The position numbers and the translations under genes are program-made. Below the pieces are notes generated by a model. That model saw nothing but the letters and a program-made list of their open reading frames with translations. It was not told where the DNA came from and searched no databases. 64,000 nucleotides of DNA, from positions 96,001-160,000 of the forward strand of contig JBFWVL010000002.1 of NCBI GenBank assembly GCA_050246755.1, written 5' to 3'. Positions within the stretch are counted from its first letter, which is position 1. The number at the start of each line of letters is the position of its first letter. The stretch is from Bacteriovoracia bacterium (lineage in GTDB: Bacteria; Bdellovibrionota; UBA1018; CAIPTA01). Positions 28,199 to 37,602 of this stretch are shown here, in pieces.

Positions 28199-30337
28199 AT
28201 GAAATTTGGAATATTTTTCGGCGTTTTTCTTCTGCTTCCGCTGGCGGCCAGCGCGGAGGATATCGGCTTCTCGTATACCAGTGCCGATGGCACGGTTTAT
28301 ACCAGCACCACTGCGCCCGCCTATTGTAAGCGTTATTATGCCAAAAGTAGTTCCGCGACCGTTCAAGGTGGAGGCGACATGCCTTACGCTTGTATCGACC
28401 CGCAATTTACCACGTCGAAAGCGGCGGCGCGTAAGATCCGTGAAACCGAATCCAAAAATGACGAAACCACCGCCAAGGGAGAGCGCAAGTGGTGGCAGTG
28501 GGGACGCGACGAAAGCGAATCTAAGATCACCGAACGCGACGAAGAAATCAAAAAAGTAGGTCGTCCTAAGGCCTCGGTTCCTCCTGCGCCGCGCCCCCGT
28601 TCGAGCCGCGAAGAAAATGTGGTGGAACTCACGCCCGTGATTGAGGGCGAAGAAGATGGCTTCATTGACGAGAAAAAAGACGGCCGCATTGGCGCGAAGC
28701 TTCCACCGGCTCCTGGTTCGGGCCGCAGCACGGTGAAAATTCTTCCTCCCGCTTCTGACTTTGAGAACGAGGATGGAAATGGCAAAGGCAAAAAGGGCGG
28801 ACGCCCAGTAGCCAAGTTACCTCCGGCACCCCCGAGTGAAGATTTCGGCGACGATGACTCTTTCGACGGAAACGGCAAAAACGGTGGCAAGGGCGACAAA
28901 GGTGGCCGCATTGGCGCGAAGCTTCCACCGGCTCCTGGTTCGGGCCGCAGCACGGTGAAAATTCTTCCTCCCGCTTCTGACTTTGAGAACGAGGATGGAA
29001 ATGGCAAAGGCAAAAAGGGCGGACGCCCAGTAGCCAAGTTACCTCCGGCACCCCCGAGTGAAGATTTCGGCGACGATGACTCTTTCGACGGAAACGGCAA
29101 AAACGGTGGCAAGGGCGACAAAGGTGGCCGCATTGGCGCCAAGCTTCCTCCGGCTCCAGGCTCGGGCCGCAGCACGGTGAAAATTCTTCCCCCCGCGTCC
29201 GATTTTGAAGACGATTTCGATGGCAGCGGTAAGGGCAAAAAGGGCGGACGCCCCGTAGCTAAGTTGCCTCCGGCGCCTCCTTCCGAGGATTTCGAAGAAC
29301 AGGATGATTTTGGCAAAGGGAAAAAAGCCTTACGCCCGAAAGCGAAGCTGCCCCCTCCGGCCCGAATCAGCGATCGTGACCGCGACGTAGACATCGAGGG
29401 CCTGCGCGCGCGCCTCCAGCCGCTCACGATTACCCAGCCCAACGGCAAAAAAATCACGATCCAAGACACCAAGCCGGTATTTGCTGGCCCGGAAGTAGAG
29501 TGTATCGACTCGAGCTCTCGCCCCAAGGACGTAATTCCCACCGCTCCCTGGTTTAAGGACGTGAATCGCCGCGTGGCTCAAGAAAATTCCAGCGACGAGG
29601 CCGATTTATATGCCCGGATGGCGAAACGCACTCCCGAGCAGGAACGGTGCTTGGCCGAAGCTCCCGAATCTCCTACGCGCATATTGCTCGCGTTCGACGC
29701 TTTCGGCGATTTCGACTACGTGGACTACTATAAACAGAAAAAAGCTAAGCTTTCGGAACAGGACGCGGAAGCCTACCGCCTCAGCGTCGGAAAAGCCGTG
29801 CCCAAAGAGTACCGTGAGTCCACCAATATTCATTGGAAGTACTACGGCAAGGAAACTTCGAATAAAGACGCGCTCACTCCGGCCGCCCGCTGCGCGTTCG
29901 AGTTGGCCACCAAGCCTTATAAAAATAAAAAGGGCGAAATTGTTTACAATACGATCGCGCTCGGGGGCCATAGCTTTGGGTCCGCCGCCGCTTATAAAGT
30001 AGCCAACGTGCTGAAGAAGCTCGGGGTACGGGTGGATCTCATGGTGACCACCGATCCTCGCCAGCTGCCCACCAACGGTAAAAAAGCGGACACCCTGCAG
30101 GTTCCTCCTACCGTGGGCCGCTGGGTGAATTTCTATCAGCGCAATGATTCGCTGATTAAGGGATTCAACGTGGACGGCGCCATCAATCGCGATATTAGCG
30201 ATACCGGCGTAACCCATGCGCAAATCCCGCAGAACGTGGAAGTAAGCAAGCGTATTGGCATGGAGATCATGCAGTTGCCTCGCTGTAAGGCGGATTTTAA
30301 AAACGCGCTTTCGCAACAAAACGCTTCCTGCGACTAA
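28199..30337 (+). CDS. Secreted protein with a Pro/Gly/Asp/Lys-rich repeat linker and a C-terminal alpha/beta hydrolase-like domain
   Basis: Signal peptide; 74-aa repeats; GGHSFG nucleophile elbow, VDLMVTTDP, NFYQ, THAQI. Confidence 0.8.
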   Translation: MKFGIFFGVFLLLPLAASAEDIGFSYTSADGTVYTSTTAPAYCKRYYAKSSSATVQGGGDMPYACIDPQFTTSKAAARKIRETESKNDETTAKGERKWWQWGRDESESKITERDEEIKKVGRPKASVPPAPRPRSSREENVVELTPVIEGEEDGFIDEKKDGRIGAKLPPAPGSGRSTVKILPPASDFENEDGNGKGKKGGRPVAKLPPAPPSEDFGDDDSFDGNGKNGGKGDKGGRIGAKLPPAPGSGRSTVKILPPASDFENEDGNGKGKKGGRPVAKLPPAPPSEDFGDDDSFDGNGKNGGKGDKGGRIGAKLPPAPGSGRSTVKILPPASDFEDDFDGSGKGKKGGRPVAKLPPAPPSEDFEEQDDFGKGKKALRPKAKLPPPARISDRDRDVDIEGLRARLQPLTITQPNGKKITIQDTKPVFAGPEVECIDSSSRPKDVIPTAPWFKDVNRRVAQENSSDEADLYARMAKRTPEQERCLAEAPESPTRILLAFDAFGDFDYVDYYKQKKAKLSEQDAEAYRLSVGKAVPKEYRESTNIHWKYYGKETSNKDALTPAARCAFELATKPYKNKKGEIVYNTIALGGHSFGSAAAYKVANVLKKLGVRVDLMVTTDPRQLPTNGKKADTLQVPPTVGRWVNFYQRNDSLIKGFNVDGAINRDISDTGVTHAQIPQNVEVSKRIGMEIMQLPRCKADFKNALSQQNASCD
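28682..29300. repeat. 222-bp intragenic tandem repeat (two essentially identical units plus a diverged partial third)
   Basis: GGCCGCATTGGCGC..AAGCTTCC starts at 28682, 28904 and 29126. Confidence 0.92.
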
Positions 30338-30358
30338 TCAGTATTGCGCTTAACGGCA

Positions 30359-30395
30359 CAAAGCGGCGGGAGAAATTCCGTCCCCTTTGCTTTTT
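30359..30395 (+). terminator. Rho-independent terminator
   Basis: CAAAG.GGCGGGA-GAAA-TTCCGTC..CTTTG followed by CTTTTT after the stop at 30337. Confidence 0.55.
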
Positions 30396-30447
30396 GACGC
30401 GTTTTAACCCAAGCAAACTGCTGGTATAGTATCTCTAAATCAGAGGT

Positions 30448-31263
30448 ATGGTCATGAAGCGCGTTTCCTATTTATTGCCACTTGCCGCCGTTTTGCTTTT
30501 TACCGGCTGTTCCCATATTCCGGGGGTGAAAGAGCCCACCGAGGCCGAGCTGAATGCGGAATCCGCCAAAGCCTACGAAGAAGTGAAGGCGAAATCCAAG
30601 CGCTCCACGAATGCCGAGTGGACGGCAATGGTGGAAAGGGTTTCGAAACGAATTGCGGCGGCTTCAGGGGAAAATTTCCAGTGGGAATATATTTTGATCG
30701 AAAATCCTGAGCCGAACGCATGGTGTATGCCGGGCGGGAAGATGGCGGTTTATACCGGGATCATGCCGGTGCTGAAAACAGAAGCGGCCTTGGCCGCGGT
30801 AATGGGGCATGAGGTGGCGCACGCCACGCGCCGGCACGGGCAGCAACGCTACGCACGCGCGATGAAGTCGAACGTGATTGGCCTCGTAGTGGGCGGCGCT
30901 TCAGTGTTGGGTGGGCAGCTCCTCTGTAAGACGAAGGAATGCAAAATGCTCACTGGCCTCGGCGGTGCGGCGGCTGGATTCGCGGTGGCGTTCTTCGATC
31001 GCAAGTTTTCCCGTGCAGATGAAACGGAGGCCGATAAAGTGGGCCAAATTTATATGGCAAAGGCCGGTTACGATCCTTCCGAGTCCATCAAGCTCTGGGA
31101 GCGGATGGGGGCGGCGAACAAAGGCAAGGCGCCTGCGGAGTGGATGTCCACGCACCCTTCGGATTCCACGCGGCGTTCGAACCTAACGGCGTGGATGCCG
31201 GAAGCCGAGACGGTCTATTCCCAGGCCCCGCAGAAATTTGGCCTCGGCGCGCCGATCCGTTAG
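30448..31263 (+). CDS. M48 family zinc metallopeptidase lipoprotein
   Basis: Lipobox FTGC, PNAWCMPGGK, GHEVAH, FSR.DE.EAD, STHP. Confidence 0.9.
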   Translation: MVMKRVSYLLPLAAVLLFTGCSHIPGVKEPTEAELNAESAKAYEEVKAKSKRSTNAEWTAMVERVSKRIAAASGENFQWEYILIENPEPNAWCMPGGKMAVYTGIMPVLKTEAALAAVMGHEVAHATRRHGQQRYARAMKSNVIGLVVGGASVLGGQLLCKTKECKMLTGLGGAAAGFAVAFFDRKFSRADETEADKVGQIYMAKAGYDPSESIKLWERMGAANKGKAPAEWMSTHPSDSTRRSNLTAWMPEAETVYSQAPQKFGLGAPIR

Positions 31264-31269
31264 GGCCTC

Positions 31270-31611
31270 ATGAGTTTTACCATCTATCATAATCCGCGCT
31301 GCTCCAAGAGCCGGGAGGCTCTCGCGCTACTCGAAGCGGAGGGTATCAAGCCGAAGGTGGTGGAATATTTGGCGGAGCCGCCGAGCGAAACCGAGCTCCT
31401 GCTTTTGATTTCTATTTTAGACGCGCCCTTTGCTTCGCTCGTGCGCAGCAAAGACGAGAAATACCGGAAGCTGAATTTCGATTTGTCCACGAAGGAATCG
31501 GTGGCGAAGCATCTCGCGCTTCATCCAGAGCTGCTGGAGCGGCCAATCGTGGTGAAGAATAATAGGGCGGTTCTGGGCCGCCCACCCGAGAATATAAAAA
31601 AATTATTCTGA
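31270..31611 (+). CDS. arsC: ArsC family (glutaredoxin-type arsenate reductase-like) protein
   Basis: IYHNPRCSKSR, LLERPIV, GRPPE. Confidence 0.85.
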   Translation: MSFTIYHNPRCSKSREALALLEAEGIKPKVVEYLAEPPSETELLLLISILDAPFASLVRSKDEKYRKLNFDLSTKESVAKHLALHPELLERPIVVKNNRAVLGRPPENIKKLF

Positions 31612-31732
31612 GCACCTCACGTACACGTATTTCGAGTTCCTCACTAAATCGTTAGCGAGCGATTAAGTGCGGTACTATTAAAAATAGCTGAGGCGGCTTT
31701 GACAGAAGGAAAAGCGTGCTCATCTTTCCTGT

Positions 31733-34183
31733 ATGACTACAGCACTACCCGCAGAATATTTACCAGTGATTGCGATTCGTCAAACCGTTCTCTTTCCCGG
31801 CGTCTCCATGCCGTTGCGGATCAATCGCGCCAAGAGCGTCGCCGCTCTCGAGCGAAGCCACGCCAAGGGCTGGCCGATTTTATTCGTGAGCCAGGAGGCC
31901 GAGAATGAAGACGATCCCCGGGCGCGCCACCTATATAAGGTGGGAACGCTTTGCCGTTTGGAAAGGGTGAAGGGATCGAAAGAGGAGGGGTACCAGGTTT
32001 TGGCGAAAGGCCTCTCGCGTTTCCGCATCAATGATTTTGCCGAGACCGAGGGAATGATTTCCGCGCAGGGCCAGGTTTGGGATGATCTCAATGATCTCGA
32101 CGATGGCACGCGGTCGGCGCTCCTCGATAGCTTAAAGACGGTGGCGCAGGACATCCTCAGTCTTCTCCCCACTGATGTGCAGCAGCTTTCCGAGATGCTC
32201 TCGGGCATCGATGAGCTCGGTTTTCTCACTCATCTTATTTCCGCCAACCTGGATCTCACGGTGGCCAAGCGCCAGGCGTTACTCGAAACGATCTCGGTAA
32301 AAACGCGGGCGCTGACCGTGCTGGAGATCCTCCAGGAGAGAAAAAATAATCTCCAGGTGCAAAGCGAGATTCGCGATAAGCTGAGCCAGAAATTCGGCAA
32401 GCAGCAGCGGGATCATATTCTCCGCGAACAGCTCCGTACGATTCGGGAAGAGCTCGGCGAAGGCGGAGGCGACGGAGAAAATAAAAAAGACGATTACAAA
32501 ACAAAAATCGAAAAAGCCGGGATGCCCGCCGAAGTGAAAAAAATCGCGCTCGACGAATGGAAACGCCTGGAAGATATCGGTAACTCCCCGGAAGCCCACG
32601 TGATTCGCAATTACCTCGATCTTCTCTGCGCGATGCCCTGGAATACCTCGGCGCCTGAGCAAATCGATCTCGAGCACGCGAAATCCGTGCTTGAGGCGGA
32701 TCACCATGGCTTGGAGAAAATAAAAAAACGCGTGCTCCAGCATCTAGCCGTAATGAAACTGTTGGCCGGACGTCCGAAGCCGGTTCTGGCGGAGGGCGAA
32801 GTGGCTCCCCTCGGCAAGGATGGGAAACGCGGTTCCATACTGCTTTTCGTGGGTCCTCCGGGTGTGGGAAAAACCTCGCTTGGCCAAAGTATCGCGCGGG
32901 CGCTCGGAAGAAAATTCGTGCGGGTCAGCCTCGGCGGCGTGCGCGACGATTCGGAGATCCGTGGGCACCGCCGCACCTATATCGGCGCGATGCCGGGCCG
33001 CGTAGTGCAAGGAATCAAGCGCGCGGGGGAAAATAATCCCGTGGTGATGCTCGATGAGATCGATAAGCTCGGCTCCGGTTTCCAGGGAGATCCGGCCGCG
33101 GCCCTGCTCGAGGTACTGGACCCTGAGCAAAACGCCACGTTCACGGATCACTACCTCGACGTGCCGTTCGATCTCTCGAAAGTATTTTTTATCGCCACGG
33201 CGAATAGTTTGGAAACGATTCCCGGCCCTTTGCTCGATCGAATGGAAGTGATCGAGCTTGGTGGCTATACCACCGCCGAAAAATTCCATATCGCCAAAAC
33301 GCACTTGATACCTAAGCAGCTTGGCGAGCACGGGCTCGACGATTCGCAGCTATTGATCCTCGACGATACCTTATTGAAGGTGATCAACGATTATACCCGC
33401 GAAGCGGGCGTGAGGAATTTGCAGCGTAAGCTGGCCACGATTTGCCGGGCCTCGACCGAGAAGGTATTGGCTCCCGATGCAATCTTGCCCATCAAGACGC
33501 AAATCTCCGATCTCGACGAAATGCTGGGACCGGAGCGCTACCAGCACGAGAAAGCGGAGCGCGAGGTGCCTCCGGGGGTGGTAACGGGCTTGGCCTGGAC
33601 TCCCGTGGGCGGCGAGATTCTTTTTATCGAATCGAGCTTGATGCCCGGATCGGGAAGATTGATTCTCACCGGCCAGCTTGGCGAAGTGATGAAGGAATCG
33701 GCGCAGATCGCCTTGAGCCTGGTGCGCTCGCGCCTCCCGCTCGCGGTAGGAGTAGGCGAAGTGGACAAGCGCGATATTCATATTCACGTGCCGGCCGGCT
33801 CCGTTCCGAAAGACGGCCCGAGCGCCGGCGTGGCGATCACCACGGCCTTGGCCTCCCTTTATCTGGGAAAAAGCGTGGACGTGAAAACCGCGATGACCGG
33901 CGAAGTCACGCTGCGCGGGATGGTTACGCCCGTGGGCGGGATCAAAGAGAAAGTAATTGCGGCGCATCGCGCGGGAATAAAGCGGCTAATTCTTTCGCGG
34001 CAAAACGAGAAAGACCTTCGCGACGTTCCGGCCGAGGTTCGCAAAGACTTGCAGTTTACCTTCGTGGATACGATCACGGACGTATTCAAAGAAGTACTAG
34101 GGGTGGATACTTTACAGAATCCGTTCCTAGGAAAACCAGCCAGCACCGCGCCGAGCGCGGGCGGTGTGGCCGGAGTGGCTTAA
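31733..34183 (+). CDS. lon: ATP-dependent Lon protease
   Basis: Lon N-domain, GPPGVGKT, RGHRRTYIGAMPG, PKDGPSAG (Ser), GGIKEK (Lys). Confidence 0.97.
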   Translation: MTTALPAEYLPVIAIRQTVLFPGVSMPLRINRAKSVAALERSHAKGWPILFVSQEAENEDDPRARHLYKVGTLCRLERVKGSKEEGYQVLAKGLSRFRINDFAETEGMISAQGQVWDDLNDLDDGTRSALLDSLKTVAQDILSLLPTDVQQLSEMLSGIDELGFLTHLISANLDLTVAKRQALLETISVKTRALTVLEILQERKNNLQVQSEIRDKLSQKFGKQQRDHILREQLRTIREELGEGGGDGENKKDDYKTKIEKAGMPAEVKKIALDEWKRLEDIGNSPEAHVIRNYLDLLCAMPWNTSAPEQIDLEHAKSVLEADHHGLEKIKKRVLQHLAVMKLLAGRPKPVLAEGEVAPLGKDGKRGSILLFVGPPGVGKTSLGQSIARALGRKFVRVSLGGVRDDSEIRGHRRTYIGAMPGRVVQGIKRAGENNPVVMLDEIDKLGSGFQGDPAAALLEVLDPEQNATFTDHYLDVPFDLSKVFFIATANSLETIPGPLLDRMEVIELGGYTTAEKFHIAKTHLIPKQLGEHGLDDSQLLILDDTLLKVINDYTREAGVRNLQRKLATICRASTEKVLAPDAILPIKTQISDLDEMLGPERYQHEKAEREVPPGVVTGLAWTPVGGEILFIESSLMPGSGRLILTGQLGEVMKESAQIALSLVRSRLPLAVGVGEVDKRDIHIHVPAGSVPKDGPSAGVAITTALASLYLGKSVDVKTAMTGEVTLRGMVTPVGGIKEKVIAAHRAGIKRLILSRQNEKDLRDVPAEVRKDLQFTFVDTITDVFKEVLGVDTLQNPFLGKPASTAPSAGGVAGVA

Positions 34184-34185
34184 CG

Positions 34186-34545
34186 TTAACCCGGCCAAAT
34201 GCCGCTTACGTCCCGGTCCTGGGGAAGAACGCGGTTAGGCCGGTAACTAAAGTTATCGTCGGTTTTATTCGTGGCTTTCACCGCGCCCATTTCTTTCGTG
34301 ACCAGTTCGGGGTTCAGCGGTCTTTCGCTTGGTTCCTTCTTGCCCTGGAAGAAATCACGCACGCTCGTCCAGAATCCTTTGCGGTGGTAGAGCTGTCCTT
34401 TTAGGCGCTGGCTCGCGCGTCTCGTTTTCGGATCGTCGTTGTAGCCTTGCACATTGGTGGGGGCGCGGTACGAAAAGCCCCGTAAATCGGAATGATCCGG
34501 TACTGGAATAGTGGCCTTAATATTGTCTCTATTTTCGGCTGGCAT
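34186..34545 (-). CDS. Small hydrophilic hypothetical protein
   Basis: AGGAGG RBS before ATG 34545 (MPAENRDNIK...). Confidence 0.6.
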   Translation of the reverse strand: MPAENRDNIKATIPVPDHSDLRGFSYRAPTNVQGYNDDPKTRRASQRLKGQLYHRKGFWTSVRDFFQGKKEPSERPLNPELVTKEMGAVKATNKTDDNFSYRPNRVLPQDRDVSGIWPG

Positions 34546-34590
34546 GTAGTCTTCCTCCTGCGCTGGCGTTGGCCAGCAGCATGGAATAAA

Positions 34591-34606
34591 TGCAATTTTC
34601 TGGCCG
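34591..34606 (-). promoter_or_regulatory. Putative sigma54 promoter
   Basis: Minus strand CGGC-CAGAAAA-TTGCA, about 45 nt upstream of ATG 34545. Confidence 0.45.
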
Positions 34607-34624
34607 TTCCGGAATGAGGCAAAT

Positions 34625-35578
34625 TTACTGAACGGAACTGGCGGCGGAAAGGACAGCCAGCGATCCGGAATCCAATTCCAGGCGAGTGGAGGCCAAAAGC
34701 TGATCCAATTGGCCGAGATTGCTGGCACTGGCAATCGGCGCCGAAACGGTAGGTTGGGCCATGAGCCAGGCCAGCGCCACCGCCGAAGGCGTGGATTCCA
34801 GGTCTTCGGCTACCTGATCGAGTGCGGCGAGGATCCTCATTCCCCGTTCATTCAAATAGCGCTCGGCCCCGGTGCCACGCATGCTGCGTTTTAAATCGTC
34901 CTTGCCGCGGTATTTTCCGCTGAGGAATCCGCTCGCGAGGGAATAGTAGGGGATCACGGCCACGCCGAATTCCCGGCATACCGGCATCAGCGAGGCCTCG
35001 AATTCCATGCGGTCGTAGAGATTATAGAGGGGCTGGAGGCTAATGTAGGACGGGATTTTTGCTCGCTGGCTGATCTTCAGTGCCTCGGCGAGGCGGGCGC
35101 CCGAGTAGTTAGAGGCGCCAATGGCCCGCACTTTTCCGCTCTCCACTAGGCGCGCGAACGCATCGAGGGTTTCTTCGAGGGGAGTATTGGCGTCGTCACG
35201 GTGGGCCTGGTATAGGTCAATATAATCTGTTTGTAAGCGGCGCAGGGATTCTTCCGCCGCCAGAATAATCCGCTCCTTCTTCAAGCCTTCTTTTCCTTCG
35301 CCCATTTTCATTCCCACCTTGGTGGCGATGATCACGTCGTCGCGGCGCCCGCGCTTGCGTAACCACTTGCCGATGATGGTTTCGGATTCTCCCCCTGTGT
35401 TTCCAGGCATCCAGCTGGAGTATACGTCGGCGGTATCGAGAAAGTTTCCGCCGCCGGCGGTGAATCCGTCGAGGAGGCTGAAGGAAGTGGCTTCGTCTAC
35501 CGTCCAGCCAAAGGGATTACACCCAAAGCAAAGGGAGGTTACTTCGAGTTTCGACTTTCCTAGATTTCTTTTTTTCAT
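34625..35578 (-). CDS. Aldo/keto reductase
   Basis: DTADVY, IATK, SLRRLQTDYIDLYQAH, IGASN, YYSLASGFLSGKY. Confidence 0.93.
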   Translation of the reverse strand: MKKRNLGKSKLEVTSLCFGCNPFGWTVDEATSFSLLDGFTAGGGNFLDTADVYSSWMPGNTGGESETIIGKWLRKRGRRDDVIIATKVGMKMGEGKEGLKKERIILAAEESLRRLQTDYIDLYQAHRDDANTPLEETLDAFARLVESGKVRAIGASNYSGARLAEALKISQRAKIPSYISLQPLYNLYDRMEFEASLMPVCREFGVAVIPYYSLASGFLSGKYRGKDDLKRSMRGTGAERYLNERGMRILAALDQVAEDLESTPSAVALAWLMAQPTVSAPIASASNLGQLDQLLASTRLELDSGSLAVLSAASSVQ

Positions 35579-35608
35579 TCTAATGATTTTAGCACAGAAA
35601 AAACGACC

Positions 35609-37468
35609 CTACTGAAAAACCACGATGGCGGGCTGCAGGCAATCTGCCACCTTTTCTTGGAGCGTGGCGAAAGCGGGGCTCTGGATATCGCTGAGCGGAA
35701 TCGGAGATTTTTTGAATTGCAGTTCCTCGCTTAGCTCTAGGGCATCGCCGCGTAGGCGAAAGGAACGAGTAAAATCCAGCCAAGCCGATTTAATTTTGCA
35801 GCTGGGCTGATTTTTGAGTAGGGCCTTTTTTCCGAGGAAACGAATTTTCCGGCGCCAGGTTTTAGGATCCTGCAGGTAAAGGCCCGAGATTCTCTCGGCG
35901 CGGCGGAACTGAAGCTGTCCGAGGTAGGGAGGCGCGGGCACGAAGAAACCGGCGCCCGCGGAAGTTTGCACCGGATTCCAGCGTTTGGAAAATTCGAACT
36001 TGGTGGAAAAGTCCTTCACGATGCGGGAAGAAAAGTCGAACGGCGGAAATTTCCAGCCTAGGAGGTTGCCCGGATCGGTCAGCCAGCTCACCAGCTCGTA
36101 GTCGATATGGGATTTTTCCCACATCAGTGAGGTGCCCGTCATGCCGATGATCGCCCGCCCGCCGAGCGTGAAGTTTCCGTCGGCTTTGAGAATGGATTTT
36201 GGAAAAAAATGCAGGTTCATTTCGATATCGATCAGGCTTCCGTTTGCGGTGGCGGGCGAAATTTTTCTCGGTGAAAGGTTGGTGGGGTCCAGCACGAGCG
36301 CATTCCGTCCCGCGATGTCTTCGTAGACGCCCTGGGCGAAGCTGGTAGTATTCGTGGGATCCACCCAATATTCCCGGCCGTTTTTTTTGGCGTACACAAT
36401 GGCGTGATTGTAGGTGCCGGTGGGCAGGCGGATCGGCGCGTCGCTCCAGTTGCGCGCCCGGTTCGTCCAAGCCACGTGGGTATCGAAGCCTAGTTTGCGT
36501 AAGATCGTGGCGGTCACGGTGGAAAAATCCTTGCAGTCGCCAAAGCCGGTATCGGCCACCACTTGCAGCGGCCGGGGATGGCAGAGTCCTTCCACCGGCA
36601 CCCAGTCGCCCACGTAGCGCACGGCATGTGCCAGCTGCGAAGTGACGCTGTTGATTTGATCCACGTCTTTTTTTTCTAGCTTTGCCTTTTCGTAGATCGC
36701 GAGGAAGCGGCCCGGCAGCTCTCCTTTATCCAAGATCGCCTCGTAGGCGGAAGGGGTGAGTACCGGAAAGCTGTTCCAATCTTTGGCGGTGGAAACGGCG
36801 ATCCAAGGGAGAGAAGCCGCGTTCATATTTACGTCGTCCTCTTCCGTCACGGTTTTATATACGGGCTTTTTAAGCTCTATTTTTAGCGTGAAAAGATCTC
36901 CTTCTTTTCCGCTCGTGGCCTCTAGCACCTGTTCCGGATCGTTTAGCTCATAGTAAAGCGGCACCTCCGACTCGTAGGTGAGAATCATCCCGCGCTGTAG
37001 TTCGCCCCAGCCCACCGCGTATTGCACGGCGAATAAATCCTGGATGGGAGGGCTTTTGATCACGCGGCGATACCGGTAGTGCACATGGGAGCCCACATTC
37101 ACGTCGGGAAACGCAATGGTTACTTGGCGTTGCTCGTCGAATCCGGCACCGGAGCTCGCGAGGGGTTTAATTTCGATATGCTGCGCGCGTACGGGAATTT
37201 TCTTTTCGCCATTCTGGGTAAATGCCTCGAGCAGTTCATAGTCGCTGGCGTGGGCATCGAAGTTCATTCGCGTAAGGCCCATGTTCAGCCGCTCGTTGTC
37301 CTTCAAAATTTCCACTTCGCGGGCAGTTTCTACCGAATAACGTCCGCCTTTTTTTATCTTGTATGCGGCGGTTTCCATCACGATGGCATAACCGGCTTCT
37401 TTCCTGTCGGCCCAACGGGCAAGAGCAGGTGGAACCAATAAGAGAGAGAGAAGCAGATAAAATTTCAT
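35609..37468 (-). CDS. Secreted DUF3857/transglutaminase-like domain protein
   Basis: Signal peptide; VRYV, GFGDCKD, YNHAI, WVDPT (Cys-His-Asp). Confidence 0.85.
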   Translation of the reverse strand: MKFYLLLSLLLVPPALARWADRKEAGYAIVMETAAYKIKKGGRYSVETAREVEILKDNERLNMGLTRMNFDAHASDYELLEAFTQNGEKKIPVRAQHIEIKPLASSGAGFDEQRQVTIAFPDVNVGSHVHYRYRRVIKSPPIQDLFAVQYAVGWGELQRGMILTYESEVPLYYELNDPEQVLEATSGKEGDLFTLKIELKKPVYKTVTEEDDVNMNAASLPWIAVSTAKDWNSFPVLTPSAYEAILDKGELPGRFLAIYEKAKLEKKDVDQINSVTSQLAHAVRYVGDWVPVEGLCHPRPLQVVADTGFGDCKDFSTVTATILRKLGFDTHVAWTNRARNWSDAPIRLPTGTYNHAIVYAKKNGREYWVDPTNTTSFAQGVYEDIAGRNALVLDPTNLSPRKISPATANGSLIDIEMNLHFFPKSILKADGNFTLGGRAIIGMTGTSLMWEKSHIDYELVSWLTDPGNLLGWKFPPFDFSSRIVKDFSTKFEFSKRWNPVQTSAGAGFFVPAPPYLGQLQFRRAERISGLYLQDPKTWRRKIRFLGKKALLKNQPSCKIKSAWLDFTRSFRLRGDALELSEELQFKKSPIPLSDIQSPAFATLQEKVADCLQPAIVVFQ

Positions 37469-37551
37469 GCCCTAGTATTTTTGTGTGCCGGGAAGTGAAT
37501 GTCTACGCTTTTCGCGGCAAAGATGCCGATCCGGCCATAACGCGATTTTCT

Positions 37552-37567
37552 TGGCGCAGATATTGTA
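37552..37567 (+). promoter_or_regulatory. Possible sigma54 promoter
   Basis: TGGC-GCAGATA-TTGTA upstream of GGAGG-ATG 37603; the -12 element is imperfect. Confidence 0.35.
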
Positions 37568-37602
37568 AGGATACCTATTGGGTCCCTAAACCGGAGGTAG
37601 CT

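Noticed and set aside
28682-29300. 222-bp repeats as a mobile element or array
   Set aside because: In-frame coding tandem duplication with no terminal inverted repeats or transposase
31612-31732. CIRCE/HrcA operator upstream of lon
   Set aside because: An imperfect inverted repeat is present but does not match TTAGCACTC-N9-GAGTGCTAA
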